Shown piece after piece: positions 1 to 9,095 of a DNA stretch of 53,404 bases. Position 1 is the stretch's first letter; every line of letters begins with the position of its first letter. The DNA comes from Candidatus Methylomirabilia bacterium (GTDB taxonomy: Bacteria; Methylomirabilota; Methylomirabilia; Rokubacteriales; CSP1-6), in NCBI GenBank assembly GCA_046758965.1, contig JBHIBG010000011.1:1-53404 (forward strand), given 5' to 3'. The notes beneath the pieces were generated by a model. It saw nothing but the letters and a program-made list of their open reading frames with translations, ran no database searches and had not been told where the DNA came from. Made by a program: the position numbers and the translations under genes.

Positions 1-123
1 ACATGCCAGCTCGCTACCGCCACTACTCCCTCCTCCATCGGCGGCTGATCGTGCCCGGAGAACCTCTTCGCTCTGGGCTTGCTGCCCTCCGGCAGGAGGC
101 CGTCACAGTTGCCGGCCTTGGCG

Positions 124-2115
124 ATGGTGACTCGAAACAGATGTAAATCCCGCGCCGCGGCGGAGGCCCGAGGTCGTCCCCCGTTTCCGGGTATTCCCGC
201 CACGGCTGACGGGTCTGAGATGGTGGTGTGGGTGGAGACCCACATCAGCCAGGGGGCGTGCGCCTACCCGATCACGTCATCCACCAGCATGGGCGCGGGC
301 TACCAGGCCGCCCAGGCCAACGGGAAAAACAATCTCTGGGGCGAGTCGCTCTTCTTCCTCGAGCTGGAGTCCGAGCACTCCTCGGCCTCCACCTGCGAGG
401 GGTTCGCCCTCGCGGGAGGGCGCGTCACCAACTTCACCTCCGGCCAGGGCCTGGTGCTCATGAAGGAGGTCCTCTACACGATCGCGGGCAAGCGCCTGCC
501 GGCCGTCTTTCATGTGGGTGCGCGTGCCCTGACCTCTCAGGCCCTGAACGTTCACTGCGGCCACGATGACGTGATGGCGGTGGCCGACACGGGCTGGGGG
601 ATCCTTTTCGCCATGAATGCTCAGGCAGCCGGCGACCTGGCCCTGATCGCCCGCCGGGTGGCTGAGGAGTCTGAAACCCCCTTCCTGAGTGTGCAGGACG
701 GCTTTCTCACCACCCACACGGTGGAGAACGTGCTGCTGGCGGAAGCTGAGCTGATGAAGGAGTTCGTGGGCGACCCCTACGCGATGACCCGTCTCCGAAA
801 CCTGATGAACCCGGCCAAGCCCATCATGTCCGGCGTGGTCCAGAACCAGGACGCGTATATGAAGGGGAAGATCGCCCAGCGCTTCTTCTACGACCGACTA
901 CCGGGAATCCTCGAACAGGTGATGGAACGCTACGAGACGTTGACGGGCCGGCGCTACGGGCTCGTTCAGGGCTACCGTCTGGAGGATGCCGAATTCGCCA
1001 TCGTCGGCATGGGGAGCCTGGTGGAGACGGCGATGGCGGCCGTGGACTGGATGCGGGCCGAGAGGGGATGGAAGGTCGGGGCGCTCCATGTGACAGCGTT
1101 CCGTCCGTTTCCCGGCCCTCAGGTGGTCTCGGCCCTCAAGCACCTTCAGGCCGTTGTCGTCATCGAGCGCGTGGATGTCCCGACAGCCCAGTCCAACCCT
1201 CTGACAGCCGAGGTCAAAGCCGCCTTCGCGGATGCTCTGACCGGCGCGCCGAGCTATCCGGCCGTCTCTCGGATCCCTGAGGTCTTCTCCGGGGCGGCCG
1301 GCCTCGGAAGCCGGGACATCCGCCCCGGCGACTTTGTCTCCGCCGTGGCGAATATGGAGCGCCGCGGCTCCCGCTTCTTCGTGCTGGGTATCGAGCACCC
1401 GCTGGCGCTGCCGCTCGAGGAGGAGCCGGACGTGAGGCCGCGGGGAGCCTTCTCGATGCGCGGCCATTCGGTGGGGGGCTTCGGCTCCGTGGCGACGAAC
1501 CGGGTCATCGCGACGATCCTGGGGGACCTCTTCCACCTGAAGGTCCAAGCTTACCCCCTTTACGGCTCGGAGAAGAAGGGGCTGCCAACCACCTACTACC
1601 TCACCGTGGCTGAAGATCGGATCCGAGCCCACTCGGAGCTGACTTACGTAGACTTCGTCCCGCTCAACGACGTCAACGCCTTCCGCCTGGGCAACCCCCT
1701 GGCCGGCCTTGCCAAGGGAGGAATGGTCTTTGTCCAAAGCGCCAAGACGGACCCGGCAGCCATCTGGGCCGACATCCCCGAGTACGCTCAGCGGCTAATC
1801 GTCGAGAAGCGCATCCGGGTTCTGGCCCTCGATACGGTGAGGATCGCCCGGGAGGTCGCCTCCAGCTCGGCGCTCCGGCAGCGGATGCAAGGGATCGTCC
1901 TCCTCGGCGTCTTTCTGCGGGCCACGCCCTTTCTGCGGCAGCGGCAGCTCTCGGACACGGCCGTCTTCGAGGCCGTGGAGCGCTCCCTCAGTAAATTTTT
2001 CGGCAAGCGCGGCGAGCAGGTGGTCCGGGAGAACCTGACCGCCGTGCGGCGCGGCTACCAGGAGGTCCTGGAGATCCCCCGGGGGGTCATGACACCGCTC
2101 CCCGTGGCGTTTTGA
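124..2115 (+). CDS. 2-oxoacid (pyruvate):ferredoxin oxidoreductase, N-terminal half (alpha + gamma domains of a split NifJ/PFOR)
   Basis: YPITSST, ESEHS, FTSGQGL, HVGARAL, HDDVM, GHSVGGFGS and YGSEKKG motifs typical of PFOR domains I-III. Start uncertain: the ORF opens at TTG 79, ATG 124 chosen. Confidence 0.9.
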   Translation: MVTRNRCKSRAAAEARGRPPFPGIPATADGSEMVVWVETHISQGACAYPITSSTSMGAGYQAAQANGKNNLWGESLFFLELESEHSSASTCEGFALAGGRVTNFTSGQGLVLMKEVLYTIAGKRLPAVFHVGARALTSQALNVHCGHDDVMAVADTGWGILFAMNAQAAGDLALIARRVAEESETPFLSVQDGFLTTHTVENVLLAEAELMKEFVGDPYAMTRLRNLMNPAKPIMSGVVQNQDAYMKGKIAQRFFYDRLPGILEQVMERYETLTGRRYGLVQGYRLEDAEFAIVGMGSLVETAMAAVDWMRAERGWKVGALHVTAFRPFPGPQVVSALKHLQAVVVIERVDVPTAQSNPLTAEVKAAFADALTGAPSYPAVSRIPEVFSGAAGLGSRDIRPGDFVSAVANMERRGSRFFVLGIEHPLALPLEEEPDVRPRGAFSMRGHSVGGFGSVATNRVIATILGDLFHLKVQAYPLYGSEKKGLPTTYYLTVAEDRIRAHSELTYVDFVPLNDVNAFRLGNPLAGLAKGGMVFVQSAKTDPAAIWADIPEYAQRLIVEKRIRVLALDTVRIAREVASSSALRQRMQGIVLLGVFLRATPFLRQRQLSDTAVFEAVERSLSKFFGKRGEQVVRENLTAVRRGYQEVLEIPRGVMTPLPVAF

Positions 2116-2127
2116 GGAGCACACGGC

Positions 2128-2532
2128 ATGGGTCAGGCGAAGGTTCGAGACTGGATGCACGAGGGAGTGATCACCTGCAGGCCCGACACCCCGGTTGGGG
2201 AGGTGGCGGACACCATGAAGACCCACGACATCGGCGCCCTGGTGGTGGTGGACGAGGGGGGGTACACGGTAGGAGTGATCTCCCGCACGGACCTGCTGAA
2301 CGCCACCTTCGTCCAACCTTACCTCACACACTGGCGGGGCATGGCGGCGCGCCACCTGATGTCCTCCCCGGTCATCAGTGTTGGCGCCGAGGTCCCGATC
2401 GAGGAGGCGATCGAATTGCTCCACGATCGGAAGATCCACCGGGTGGTGGTGACGGAGCCGGAGGGGGGCCGGGAGCGCCCCATCGGCATCCTCTCAGTTA
2501 CCGATCTGGTGCGCCAGATGCGGGCGGAGTAG
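2128..2532 (+). CDS. CBS-pair domain protein
   Basis: Two CBS repeats (VRDWM...IGALVVVD...GVISRTDL; HLMSSPV...IHRVVV...GILSVTDL); GAGGAG RBS upstream. Confidence 0.9.
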   Translation: MGQAKVRDWMHEGVITCRPDTPVGEVADTMKTHDIGALVVVDEGGYTVGVISRTDLLNATFVQPYLTHWRGMAARHLMSSPVISVGAEVPIEEAIELLHDRKIHRVVVTEPEGGRERPIGILSVTDLVRQMRAE

Positions 2533-2553
2533 GACGAGCCAGCGGTGACCGGC

Positions 2554-4248
2554 ATGAGTGAGGAGTTCATCTTCAATCCCCTGGAGTCCGAGGCAGCCGA
2601 GCAAGAGATCGGCACCAAGGAGCCGGGAACGGCCAAAGAGGCCCACGAGATCCAGCTCTTGCCTCAGGGGGTGCTGGAGCTGGACGTCGAAGCCTATGTT
2701 GACGACTTCAACGCCCGGGTCATTGGCGCCTACGAGAAGGGGGTCGGCTCTCAGGACCTCCCGGCGGACGTCGGGGTCGCCCGGAGCCTGATTCCTCCTG
2801 GGACGGCCGCGCTCAGGGACTTCTCGTACCTCTCTGCGGAGATCCCGGAGTTCATCGCGGACAAGTGCGTCGGCTGCATGACCTGCGTCACCGAGTGCCC
2901 TGACACGGCGATCCTGGGCAAGGCCATCGCCGCCTCGCATCTCGAGGCCGAGCTGGAGAAGATCGACGACGCGGCGGATCGGGAGTTTCTGGCCTCCCAC
3001 TGGGCCCGCACGCGCAAGTACTTCGACGTGCCGGCCAAGAGAGGGCTGGAAGGAGCGCAGTTCGGCATCTTCATCGACCCCATCAAATGCAAGGGGTGCG
3101 CCGAGTGCGTTCAGGTCTGCGACGAGCTCGGCTACCACGCGCTCAGGATGGTCAGGAAGGACGAGGGCACCCTCGCGCGCTACCGCAACGGCTTTGCCTT
3201 CTTCCGCCAGGTGGGGCCGACACCCCAGAAGTACGTCAACGAGAAAGCCCTGGCCGACATGATGCTCGCCGAGGGGTCGGCGCTCCTCTATGTGGGTGGA
3301 GCCGGCTCCTGCATGGGGTGCGGGGAGGCGACGGCCATCCGGATGATGGTCGCGGCCACCGGGTTCGTCCACGGGCCTGACGGCTTTGCCATCGTAGCTG
3401 CCACGGGCTGCAACACGGTGTACTGCTCCACCTACCCGTACAACCCGTTCCTCGTGCCCTGGACCAACTCGCTCTTCGAGAACGCCCCGGCGGTGGCCAT
3501 GGGGGTCCGCGCCAAGTGGGATCAGCGGGGGTGGCAGGCCAAACGACTCTGGGTCATCGGCGGCGACGGGGCGATGTACGATATCGGGTTTCAGTCGCTC
3601 TCGCGGATGCTGGCATCGGGGATGGATGTGAAGGTGCTCGTGCTGGACACCCAGGTCTATTCGAACACCGGAGGCCAGGTCTCCACGGCCTCGTTCACCG
3701 CGCAGGATGCCAAGATGGCCGCCCTCGGCCCGGCAGTCGCCGGGAAAGAGGAGCGGCGAAAGGAGCTGTCGCTGCTCTGCCTGATGCACCCTGGGGTCTT
3801 TGTCGCCCAGACCACGGCTGCCCACATCAACCACTTCTACCGGGCCATCATGGACGCCAACAGCTTCCGGGGCCCCGCGGTCGTCGTCGCCTACACCACC
3901 TGTCAGCCCGAGCACGGCGTGGGGGACGACCGGGCCGCGGAGCAGGCCCGGCTTGCAGTTGAGTCGCGGGCCTTCCCACTCTTCCTCTATGACCCGCGCA
4001 ATGGTGAAACGATCCGTCAGCGGCTCTCGCTACAGGGCAATCCCGCCCCAAAGGAGGATTGGGCGAGGCGTCCCAAGACCGGGGAGATCATTGACTTCAT
4101 CACCTTCGCCCGGACCGAGGGGCGCTTCGCCAAGCAGTTCAACCTGGCTGGGGCCCCATCCGAGGCGCTCCTCTCGGCCAAGGCGGACCGGTTGGCCAAC
4201 TGGCGTCTCCTCCAGGAGCTGGCCGGCCTTCGACCTCAGGGGAGATGA
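2554..4248 (+). CDS. PFOR C-terminal half: 2[4Fe-4S] ferredoxin domain plus TPP-binding beta domain
   Basis: CVGCMTCVTECP, CKGCAECVQVC, GSCMGCGE, ATGC, GGDG...DIG and YSNTGGQ. Alternative start GTG 2545. Confidence 0.9.
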   Translation: MSEEFIFNPLESEAAEQEIGTKEPGTAKEAHEIQLLPQGVLELDVEAYVDDFNARVIGAYEKGVGSQDLPADVGVARSLIPPGTAALRDFSYLSAEIPEFIADKCVGCMTCVTECPDTAILGKAIAASHLEAELEKIDDAADREFLASHWARTRKYFDVPAKRGLEGAQFGIFIDPIKCKGCAECVQVCDELGYHALRMVRKDEGTLARYRNGFAFFRQVGPTPQKYVNEKALADMMLAEGSALLYVGGAGSCMGCGEATAIRMMVAATGFVHGPDGFAIVAATGCNTVYCSTYPYNPFLVPWTNSLFENAPAVAMGVRAKWDQRGWQAKRLWVIGGDGAMYDIGFQSLSRMLASGMDVKVLVLDTQVYSNTGGQVSTASFTAQDAKMAALGPAVAGKEERRKELSLLCLMHPGVFVAQTTAAHINHFYRAIMDANSFRGPAVVVAYTTCQPEHGVGDDRAAEQARLAVESRAFPLFLYDPRNGETIRQRLSLQGNPAPKEDWARRPKTGEIIDFITFARTEGRFAKQFNLAGAPSEALLSAKADRLANWRLLQELAGLRPQGR

Positions 4249-4351
4249 GCGGCTAGCTTTGGTCTACTCCCGGGAGCAGATCCAAGATCGGGTGCAGGCG
4301 GTCGCCGGTGCCGTCCGCCAGGACTCCCAGGGCCGTGAGCTCGTAGCGGTG
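4244..4351 (+). pseudogene. Probable N-terminal remnant of a hypoxanthine phosphoribosyltransferase-like gene
   Basis: Reads ERLALVYSREQIQDRVQAVAGAVRQDSQGRELVAV, resembling the Hpt N-terminus, then ends abruptly at the USP RBS. Confidence 0.5.
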
Positions 4352-4369
4352 AAGAAGGAGGGGTCGCCC

Positions 4370-5263
4370 ATGAAGCGGATCCTGGTTCCCCTGGACGGCT
4401 CGCTTCTGGCTGAGGCCATCCTGCCGGTCGCGGAAGAGTGGGCGAGAGAGGAGGAGGCCGAGGTGATCCTGCTGTGGGCGACTCGGGCGTATCGCGGAGT
4501 TGGCGGCGACGATACCGGACCTCAGATGTGGTCGGTGGAGGAGGGGGAGGCGTATCTCAAAGCGGTTGCCGACAGGCTGGAGCGGCGGGGCCTTAGGGAG
4601 GTCCGAAGGCTCGTCTGGTATCAGGAGCCGGTGACGGCCATCACTCAGGCGGCCGTGGCGAAGACCGTGGATCTGATCGCGATGGCGACCCATGGTCGGA
4701 GTGGCTTGAGTCGGCTCCTCTTGGGGAGCGTGGCCCTGGGCGTGGCGCGCTCAGCTCGGCTCCCCATGCTCCTGATCCGGGGGCAGTCAGCGTGGAAGCC
4801 CTGGGCACATCGGAAGATGTTGGTCCCGCTCGATGGTTCGGAGACCTCAGAGGCCATTCTCCCGGTCGTGGGGAGATTGGCTGGTTCGCGGAATCTGAGG
4901 GTGACGCTGTTGCATGTGCTCGAGCCGGCCCGTTCCGGCGTGCTCCAGCCTGAAATCGGGCTCGATGAGTGGATGACCGTCAGGCGGCGGGATGCCGATC
5001 GGCATCTGGCCAAGGTGGCGGAGTCGCTGAGGGACAGACGCGTGCGGGTGGAGTGTGCCGTCCGGTTCGGAAGGCCCGTAGAGACCATTGTCGCCGTTGC
5101 CGGACAGGAGCGAGAGGACCTGATCGCCATGGTCACGCATGGCCGGCGGGGGCTCGGGCGGCTCTTCTTTGGGAGCGTGGCAGAGGAGGTGCTCAGGAGG
5201 GCGGCCGTGCCGGTGCTGCTGTTCAAGGCCGCGGAATCAGGCCAAGCCACGTCCACCGCGTGA
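4370..5263 (+). CDS. Universal stress protein with two tandem USP domains
   Basis: ILVPLDGS twice, DLIAM.THGR.G..R...GSVA twice; AAGGAGG RBS before ATG 4370. Confidence 0.92.
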   Translation: MKRILVPLDGSLLAEAILPVAEEWAREEEAEVILLWATRAYRGVGGDDTGPQMWSVEEGEAYLKAVADRLERRGLREVRRLVWYQEPVTAITQAAVAKTVDLIAMATHGRSGLSRLLLGSVALGVARSARLPMLLIRGQSAWKPWAHRKMLVPLDGSETSEAILPVVGRLAGSRNLRVTLLHVLEPARSGVLQPEIGLDEWMTVRRRDADRHLAKVAESLRDRRVRVECAVRFGRPVETIVAVAGQEREDLIAMVTHGRRGLGRLFFGSVAEEVLRRAAVPVLLFKAAESGQATSTA

Positions 5264-5275
5264 GGAGATCGAGCG

Positions 5276-5470
5276 ATGAAGAAAGATCCGGTCTGCGGCA
5301 CCGTGTTCGACGTACGGGAGGCCACTGTGGTCAGCCGATACCGGCGCCGCTACTACTATTTCTGCAGCCTCCGGTGCCGTGATGCCTTCGTGCTAGCCCC
5401 GCGCTGCTTCACCCAGGCACGTCGGGTAAGCACCTCTCGGAGATCTCCCCGCCGTAGACAGGCGGCCTAG
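5276..5470 (+). CDS. YHS/TRASH-domain small metal-binding protein
   Basis: KDPVCG...YYYFCSLRC motif; GAGGAG RBS. Confidence 0.8.
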   Translation: MKKDPVCGTVFDVREATVVSRYRRRYYYFCSLRCRDAFVLAPRCFTQARRVSTSRRSPRRRQAA

Positions 5471-5566
5471 CCCGCCCCAGGGCGTGCCGGAGCGGGAGGG
5501 CCAGACTCTCGTCTCGGCGGAGCAGTCTCTCGGCTCCCGCGCCGGAGAGGACGTATATGCGACCTG

Positions 5567-5602
5567 GGGCTCCGATGCCCCACCTGTGGGGGAGCTGCCT
5601 CG
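5567..5602. promoter_or_regulatory. Tandem palindromic enhancer-like sites (degenerate TGGGG-N6-CCCCA pair)
   Basis: gggctccgatgcccca-cctg-tgggggagctgcctcg; same 20-bp period as the sites at 18761, 32392 and 38767, and shares CACCTGTGGGG with 38781-38791. Confidence 0.6.
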
Positions 5603-5664
5603 GAGCCCTCCTCACAGGAAACGGGCTTGTCTCAATGTTTCAGTTAGTTATGAGACGGTCCGGC

Positions 5665-5680
5665 TGGCCCCAGCTTTGCA
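5665..5680 (+). promoter_or_regulatory. Sigma54 (-24/-12) promoter for usp-gltA-radical SAM
   Basis: TGGCCCCAGCTTTGCA (GG-N10-GC) in an intergenic region, with an AT-rich patch upstream. Confidence 0.7.
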
Positions 5681-5788
5681 ACTCTGAGCAATGGCCTGCG
5701 AGGCAGACTCCGCCCGACGACCGCGAGGAGAGATGCTGGTGGTGATCATCAGCCCGCAGAGGCTCGGCGACGCGAAGGAGGGAGGGCG

Positions 5789-6658
5789 ATGGACCGCATC
5801 CTGGTTCCGCTCGATGGGTCCACCCTGGCGGAGGCGATTGTTCCCGTAGCCGAGGCGCTGGCCGGCGACTACGAATCCGAGCTGATTCTGATCCGGGCTG
5901 TGGCGCCCCGCATGGTTTCGGGCGTCGAGTCCCTCGAAGCCAAGGCGAAGGGGGCCGAGGCGTACCTCGCGCGCATGGGTAGCCAGCTTCGGACACGGGG
6001 TCTGTCCAAGGTCCGTTGGAGCATCAGGTATGCACGGCCTGATCAGGCAATCGCGGAGGCGGCCGTCGACAATCAGGTGGATCTCATTGCCATGACCACC
6101 CACGGCCGGGGTGGCCTGGCTCGGCTGCTCCTCGGGAGCGTGGCGGAGAGCCTCGTCCGGCTGGCCCCGGCCCCAGTCCTCCTCGTGCGCGGTCAGCCGT
6201 CGTGGCGCCCGGGTGGCATCGGCAAGATTCTGGTCCCGCTGGACGGCTCGGAGATGTCAGCAGCAATCCTGCCCGTCGTGGAGCGGCTGGCCGGTCCCTT
6301 TGATCTGTCCATTATCCTCTTCCACACGGTGGAGCCGATCCCTCGCTCCGCCATCGTGAGCGAAGCCTCCACAGCGATGGAAGACATGGCCAGGATTCGC
6401 CGGAAGGATGCCGAAGAGTACCTCTCCAAGGTTGCCACGGGTCTCGACGCGAAAGGCCTCCGCGTCCAGCACGCGGTCCGGATCGGCCAGGCCGGTGAGG
6501 TGATCGAGGAGTACGCCCGGCAGGAGGGGATCGGGCTCATCGCGATGACCACTCATGGCCGGAGCGGCTTCGGCCGCCTCTTCTTCGGAAGCGTGGCAGA
6601 AGACGTGTTGAGGGCGGCCACGGTGCCGGTGCTCCTCCGGAAGGCCCGAGAGGAGTAA
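5789..6658 (+). CDS. Universal stress protein with two tandem USP domains (paralog of 4370-5263)
   Basis: ILVPLDGS twice, MTTHGR.G...GSVAE twice; strong RBS. Confidence 0.93.
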   Translation: MDRILVPLDGSTLAEAIVPVAEALAGDYESELILIRAVAPRMVSGVESLEAKAKGAEAYLARMGSQLRTRGLSKVRWSIRYARPDQAIAEAAVDNQVDLIAMTTHGRGGLARLLLGSVAESLVRLAPAPVLLVRGQPSWRPGGIGKILVPLDGSEMSAAILPVVERLAGPFDLSIILFHTVEPIPRSAIVSEASTAMEDMARIRRKDAEEYLSKVATGLDAKGLRVQHAVRIGQAGEVIEEYARQEGIGLIAMTTHGRSGFGRLFFGSVAEDVLRAATVPVLLRKAREE

Positions 6659-6661
6659 CCC

Positions 6662-7972
6662 ATGTCCCAGAACACATTGAGCATCACCGACAACCGGACA
6701 GGGAAGTCATACGAGATCCGGATCGACCACGGGGCGATCCGGGCGATCGATCTCCGCCAGATTCAGACCGGCCCGGATGACTTCGGGCTCCTCTCCTACG
6801 ACCCCGCCTTCATGAACACCGCCTCTTGTAAGAGCGCGATCACGTTCATCGACGGCGAGCGGGGGGTCCTTCGCTACCGCGGCTACCCCATCGAGCAGCT
6901 TGCGGAGCAGTCGAGCTACCTGGAGGTCGCGTCCCTCCTGATCCACGGCGAGCTCCCCACCACGGATCGACTCCGAGACTGGATGTGGGAGATCACCCAT
7001 CACACCTGGATCCACGAAAACCTGAAAAAATTCCTGGACGGCTTTCATCACGATGCGCACCCCATGGGGATGCTGGTCTCGGCCGTCGCGGCTCTCTCCA
7101 CCTTCTACCCGGAGGCGAAAAGCGGCGCCGACGCCGAGAGCCGGCAGCTTCAGGTGATCCGCCTCATCGCCAAGATGCCGACGTTGGCTGCCTTCGCCTA
7201 CCGGCACAGCCTGGGGATGCCGTATGCCTATCCGGACAACACCCTCAGCTACCCGGGCAATTTCCTCAACATGCTTTTCAAGGCCACCGAGTTGAAATAC
7301 GAGCCCGACCCGGTCCTCGCGCGGGCGGTGGACGTTCTCTTCATCCTCCACGCCGATCACGAGCAGAACTGTTCTGCCAACGCCGTGCGCAGCGTCGGCT
7401 CCTCGCAGGTGGACCCGTACTCCGCGGTCGCCGCCGGGGTCGCCGCCCTCTACGGGCCGCTCCACGGCGGCGCCAACGAGGCGGTCCTCCGGATGCTTCG
7501 GGCCATCGGCTCGGTCGAGAAGGTGCCCGAGTTCATCCGAACGGTCAAGGCCGGCGAGGGGAAGCTGATGGGGTTCGGTCACCGGGTCTACAAGAACTAC
7601 GACCCTCGGGCGAAGATCGTGAAGCAGTTGGCCGACGAGGTCTTCGCGGTGACGAAGCCCAATCCGCTCCTTCCCATCGCGCTGGAGTTGGAGCGGATCG
7701 CTGTGGAGGACGACTACTTCGTGACCCGACGGCTCTACCCGAACGTCGACTTCTACTCCGGCTTGATCTACCAGGCCATGGGCTTCCCGGTCGAGATGTT
7801 TCCGGTGCTCTTCGCCATACCGCGGACGTCGGGCTGGCTGGCCCAGTGGTTGGAGATGCGGGCCGACCCGGAGCAGAAGATCGCCCGGCCCCGCCAGCTC
7901 TATGTGGGATCCCCTCCCCGGGAGTATCTGCCCATCAGCCGGCGCGAGCCTGAGGAGTTGGATGTAGAATGA
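6662..7972 (+). CDS. gltA: Citrate synthase
   Basis: YDPAFMNTASC, YRGYPIEQL, HADHEQNCS, GPLHGGAN, GFGHRVYKNYDPRA, PNVDFYSG. Confidence 0.97.
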   Translation: MSQNTLSITDNRTGKSYEIRIDHGAIRAIDLRQIQTGPDDFGLLSYDPAFMNTASCKSAITFIDGERGVLRYRGYPIEQLAEQSSYLEVASLLIHGELPTTDRLRDWMWEITHHTWIHENLKKFLDGFHHDAHPMGMLVSAVAALSTFYPEAKSGADAESRQLQVIRLIAKMPTLAAFAYRHSLGMPYAYPDNTLSYPGNFLNMLFKATELKYEPDPVLARAVDVLFILHADHEQNCSANAVRSVGSSQVDPYSAVAAGVAALYGPLHGGANEAVLRMLRAIGSVEKVPEFIRTVKAGEGKLMGFGHRVYKNYDPRAKIVKQLADEVFAVTKPNPLLPIALELERIAVEDDYFVTRRLYPNVDFYSGLIYQAMGFPVEMFPVLFAIPRTSGWLAQWLEMRADPEQKIARPRQLYVGSPPREYLPISRREPEELDVE

Positions 7973-7991
7973 GCGGTGCAGGAGGTGGCCG

Positions 7992-9086
7992 GTGAGCCTT
8001 CGGTTCGTCTCTGCCAACGCACCTCTTCGGGTTTACTGGGAGCTGACGCAGGCCTGCGACCTCGCCTGTCGCCACTGCCGGGCCGAGGCCATCCCCTGGT
8101 GCGATCCGAACGAGCTGACGACGGCTGAAGCCAGGCAGCTGCTGGTGCAGCTCCTGGAGTTCGGCCGCCCGCGACCGCACCTGGTCCTGACCGGGGGCGA
8201 CCCGCTCAAGCGGGCCGATCTGTGGGAGCTGATCAGCCATGGGATCGGCCTCGGGCTTCCCCTGTCGCTGGCCCCGAGCGCCACTCACGCCCTCGGGCGG
8301 GAGATGATCGATCGGCTCAAGGCCGCGGGCATCAAGGCCATGTCGCTCAGCCTGGACGGTTCTACCGCCAAGATCCACGACGGGATTCGCCAGGTCCGGG
8401 GGTGTTTCGCCCGGACGGTGGAGGCGGCCCTTGACACGGTGGCTGCAGGGATCCCTCTCCAGATCAACACTCTCGTCACCGCAGAGAACCTAGACGATCT
8501 GCCCAAGCTGCACCCCCTGGTGCGCGTGCTGGGAGCGGCCCGCTGGAGTCTGTTCTTTCTGATCCCGGTGGGGCGAGGGCGGATGCTCGGAGAGGTCGAC
8601 CCGGCCCGGTGCGAGGAGCTGCTCCGGTGGCTTGCCGAGCTATCGACCGAGTCTCCCTTCGTCATTACGACCACGGAGGCTCCCCACTACCGGCGGGTGG
8701 TGCTTCAGCGGATGCGAGTCGCAAAGCACGAACGAGAAGAGAGAGGAACGAGCCCGATCCGACGAGGGTTCGGCATGCGTGATGGCAACGGGATCATGTT
8801 CATCTCCCATACCGGCGAGGTGATGCCGTCGGGCTTCCTGCCGCTGGTCGCGGGGAACGTGCGAACGGCGAGCCCGGTGGAGCTCTACCGGGAGTCCCCG
8901 CTCTTCCAGCAGCTGCGCCAACCCGAGCGATTCGAGGGGCGGTGCGGCCACTGCGAGTTTCGAGAGATCTGCGGTGGGTCCCGCGCCCGCGCCTACGCTG
9001 CCAGCGGCAACCCGTTCGGGGAGGATCCGCTCTGCCCTTACGAGCCCGGTGTTCGAGCGGCGTCGGGTGGCGAGAGCGGCAGGTGA
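7992..9086 (+). CDS. Radical SAM/SPASM protein, AhbD/NirJ-like (TIGR04053-type), possibly haem biosynthesis
   Basis: WELTQACDLACRHCRA (CX3CX2C), TGGDPL, TTEAPHYRR, C-terminal CGHCEFREICGGSRARAY...DPLC. Confidence 0.85.
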   Translation: MSLRFVSANAPLRVYWELTQACDLACRHCRAEAIPWCDPNELTTAEARQLLVQLLEFGRPRPHLVLTGGDPLKRADLWELISHGIGLGLPLSLAPSATHALGREMIDRLKAAGIKAMSLSLDGSTAKIHDGIRQVRGCFARTVEAALDTVAAGIPLQINTLVTAENLDDLPKLHPLVRVLGAARWSLFFLIPVGRGRMLGEVDPARCEELLRWLAELSTESPFVITTTEAPHYRRVVLQRMRVAKHEREERGTSPIRRGFGMRDGNGIMFISHTGEVMPSGFLPLVAGNVRTASPVELYRESPLFQQLRQPERFEGRCGHCEFREICGGSRARAYAASGNPFGEDPLCPYEPGVRAASGGESGR

Positions 9087-9095
9087 GGAGAGAGC

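Noticed and set aside
1..146. Short ORF 3-146 and a TGGCA motif at the window edge
   Set aside because: No recognisable protein; the motif is cut by the window boundary.
3800..4243. Apparent extension of the first USP ORF
   Set aside because: Overlaps PFOR in another frame and has low-complexity composition.
6707..8017. Long antisense ORFs (also 9327-10868, 15230-16768, 19193-21364, 26987-29140, 32026-33867, 42702-44465, 49041-50939)
   Set aside because: Shadow frames of well-supported genes, expected at high GC; no recognisable motifs.
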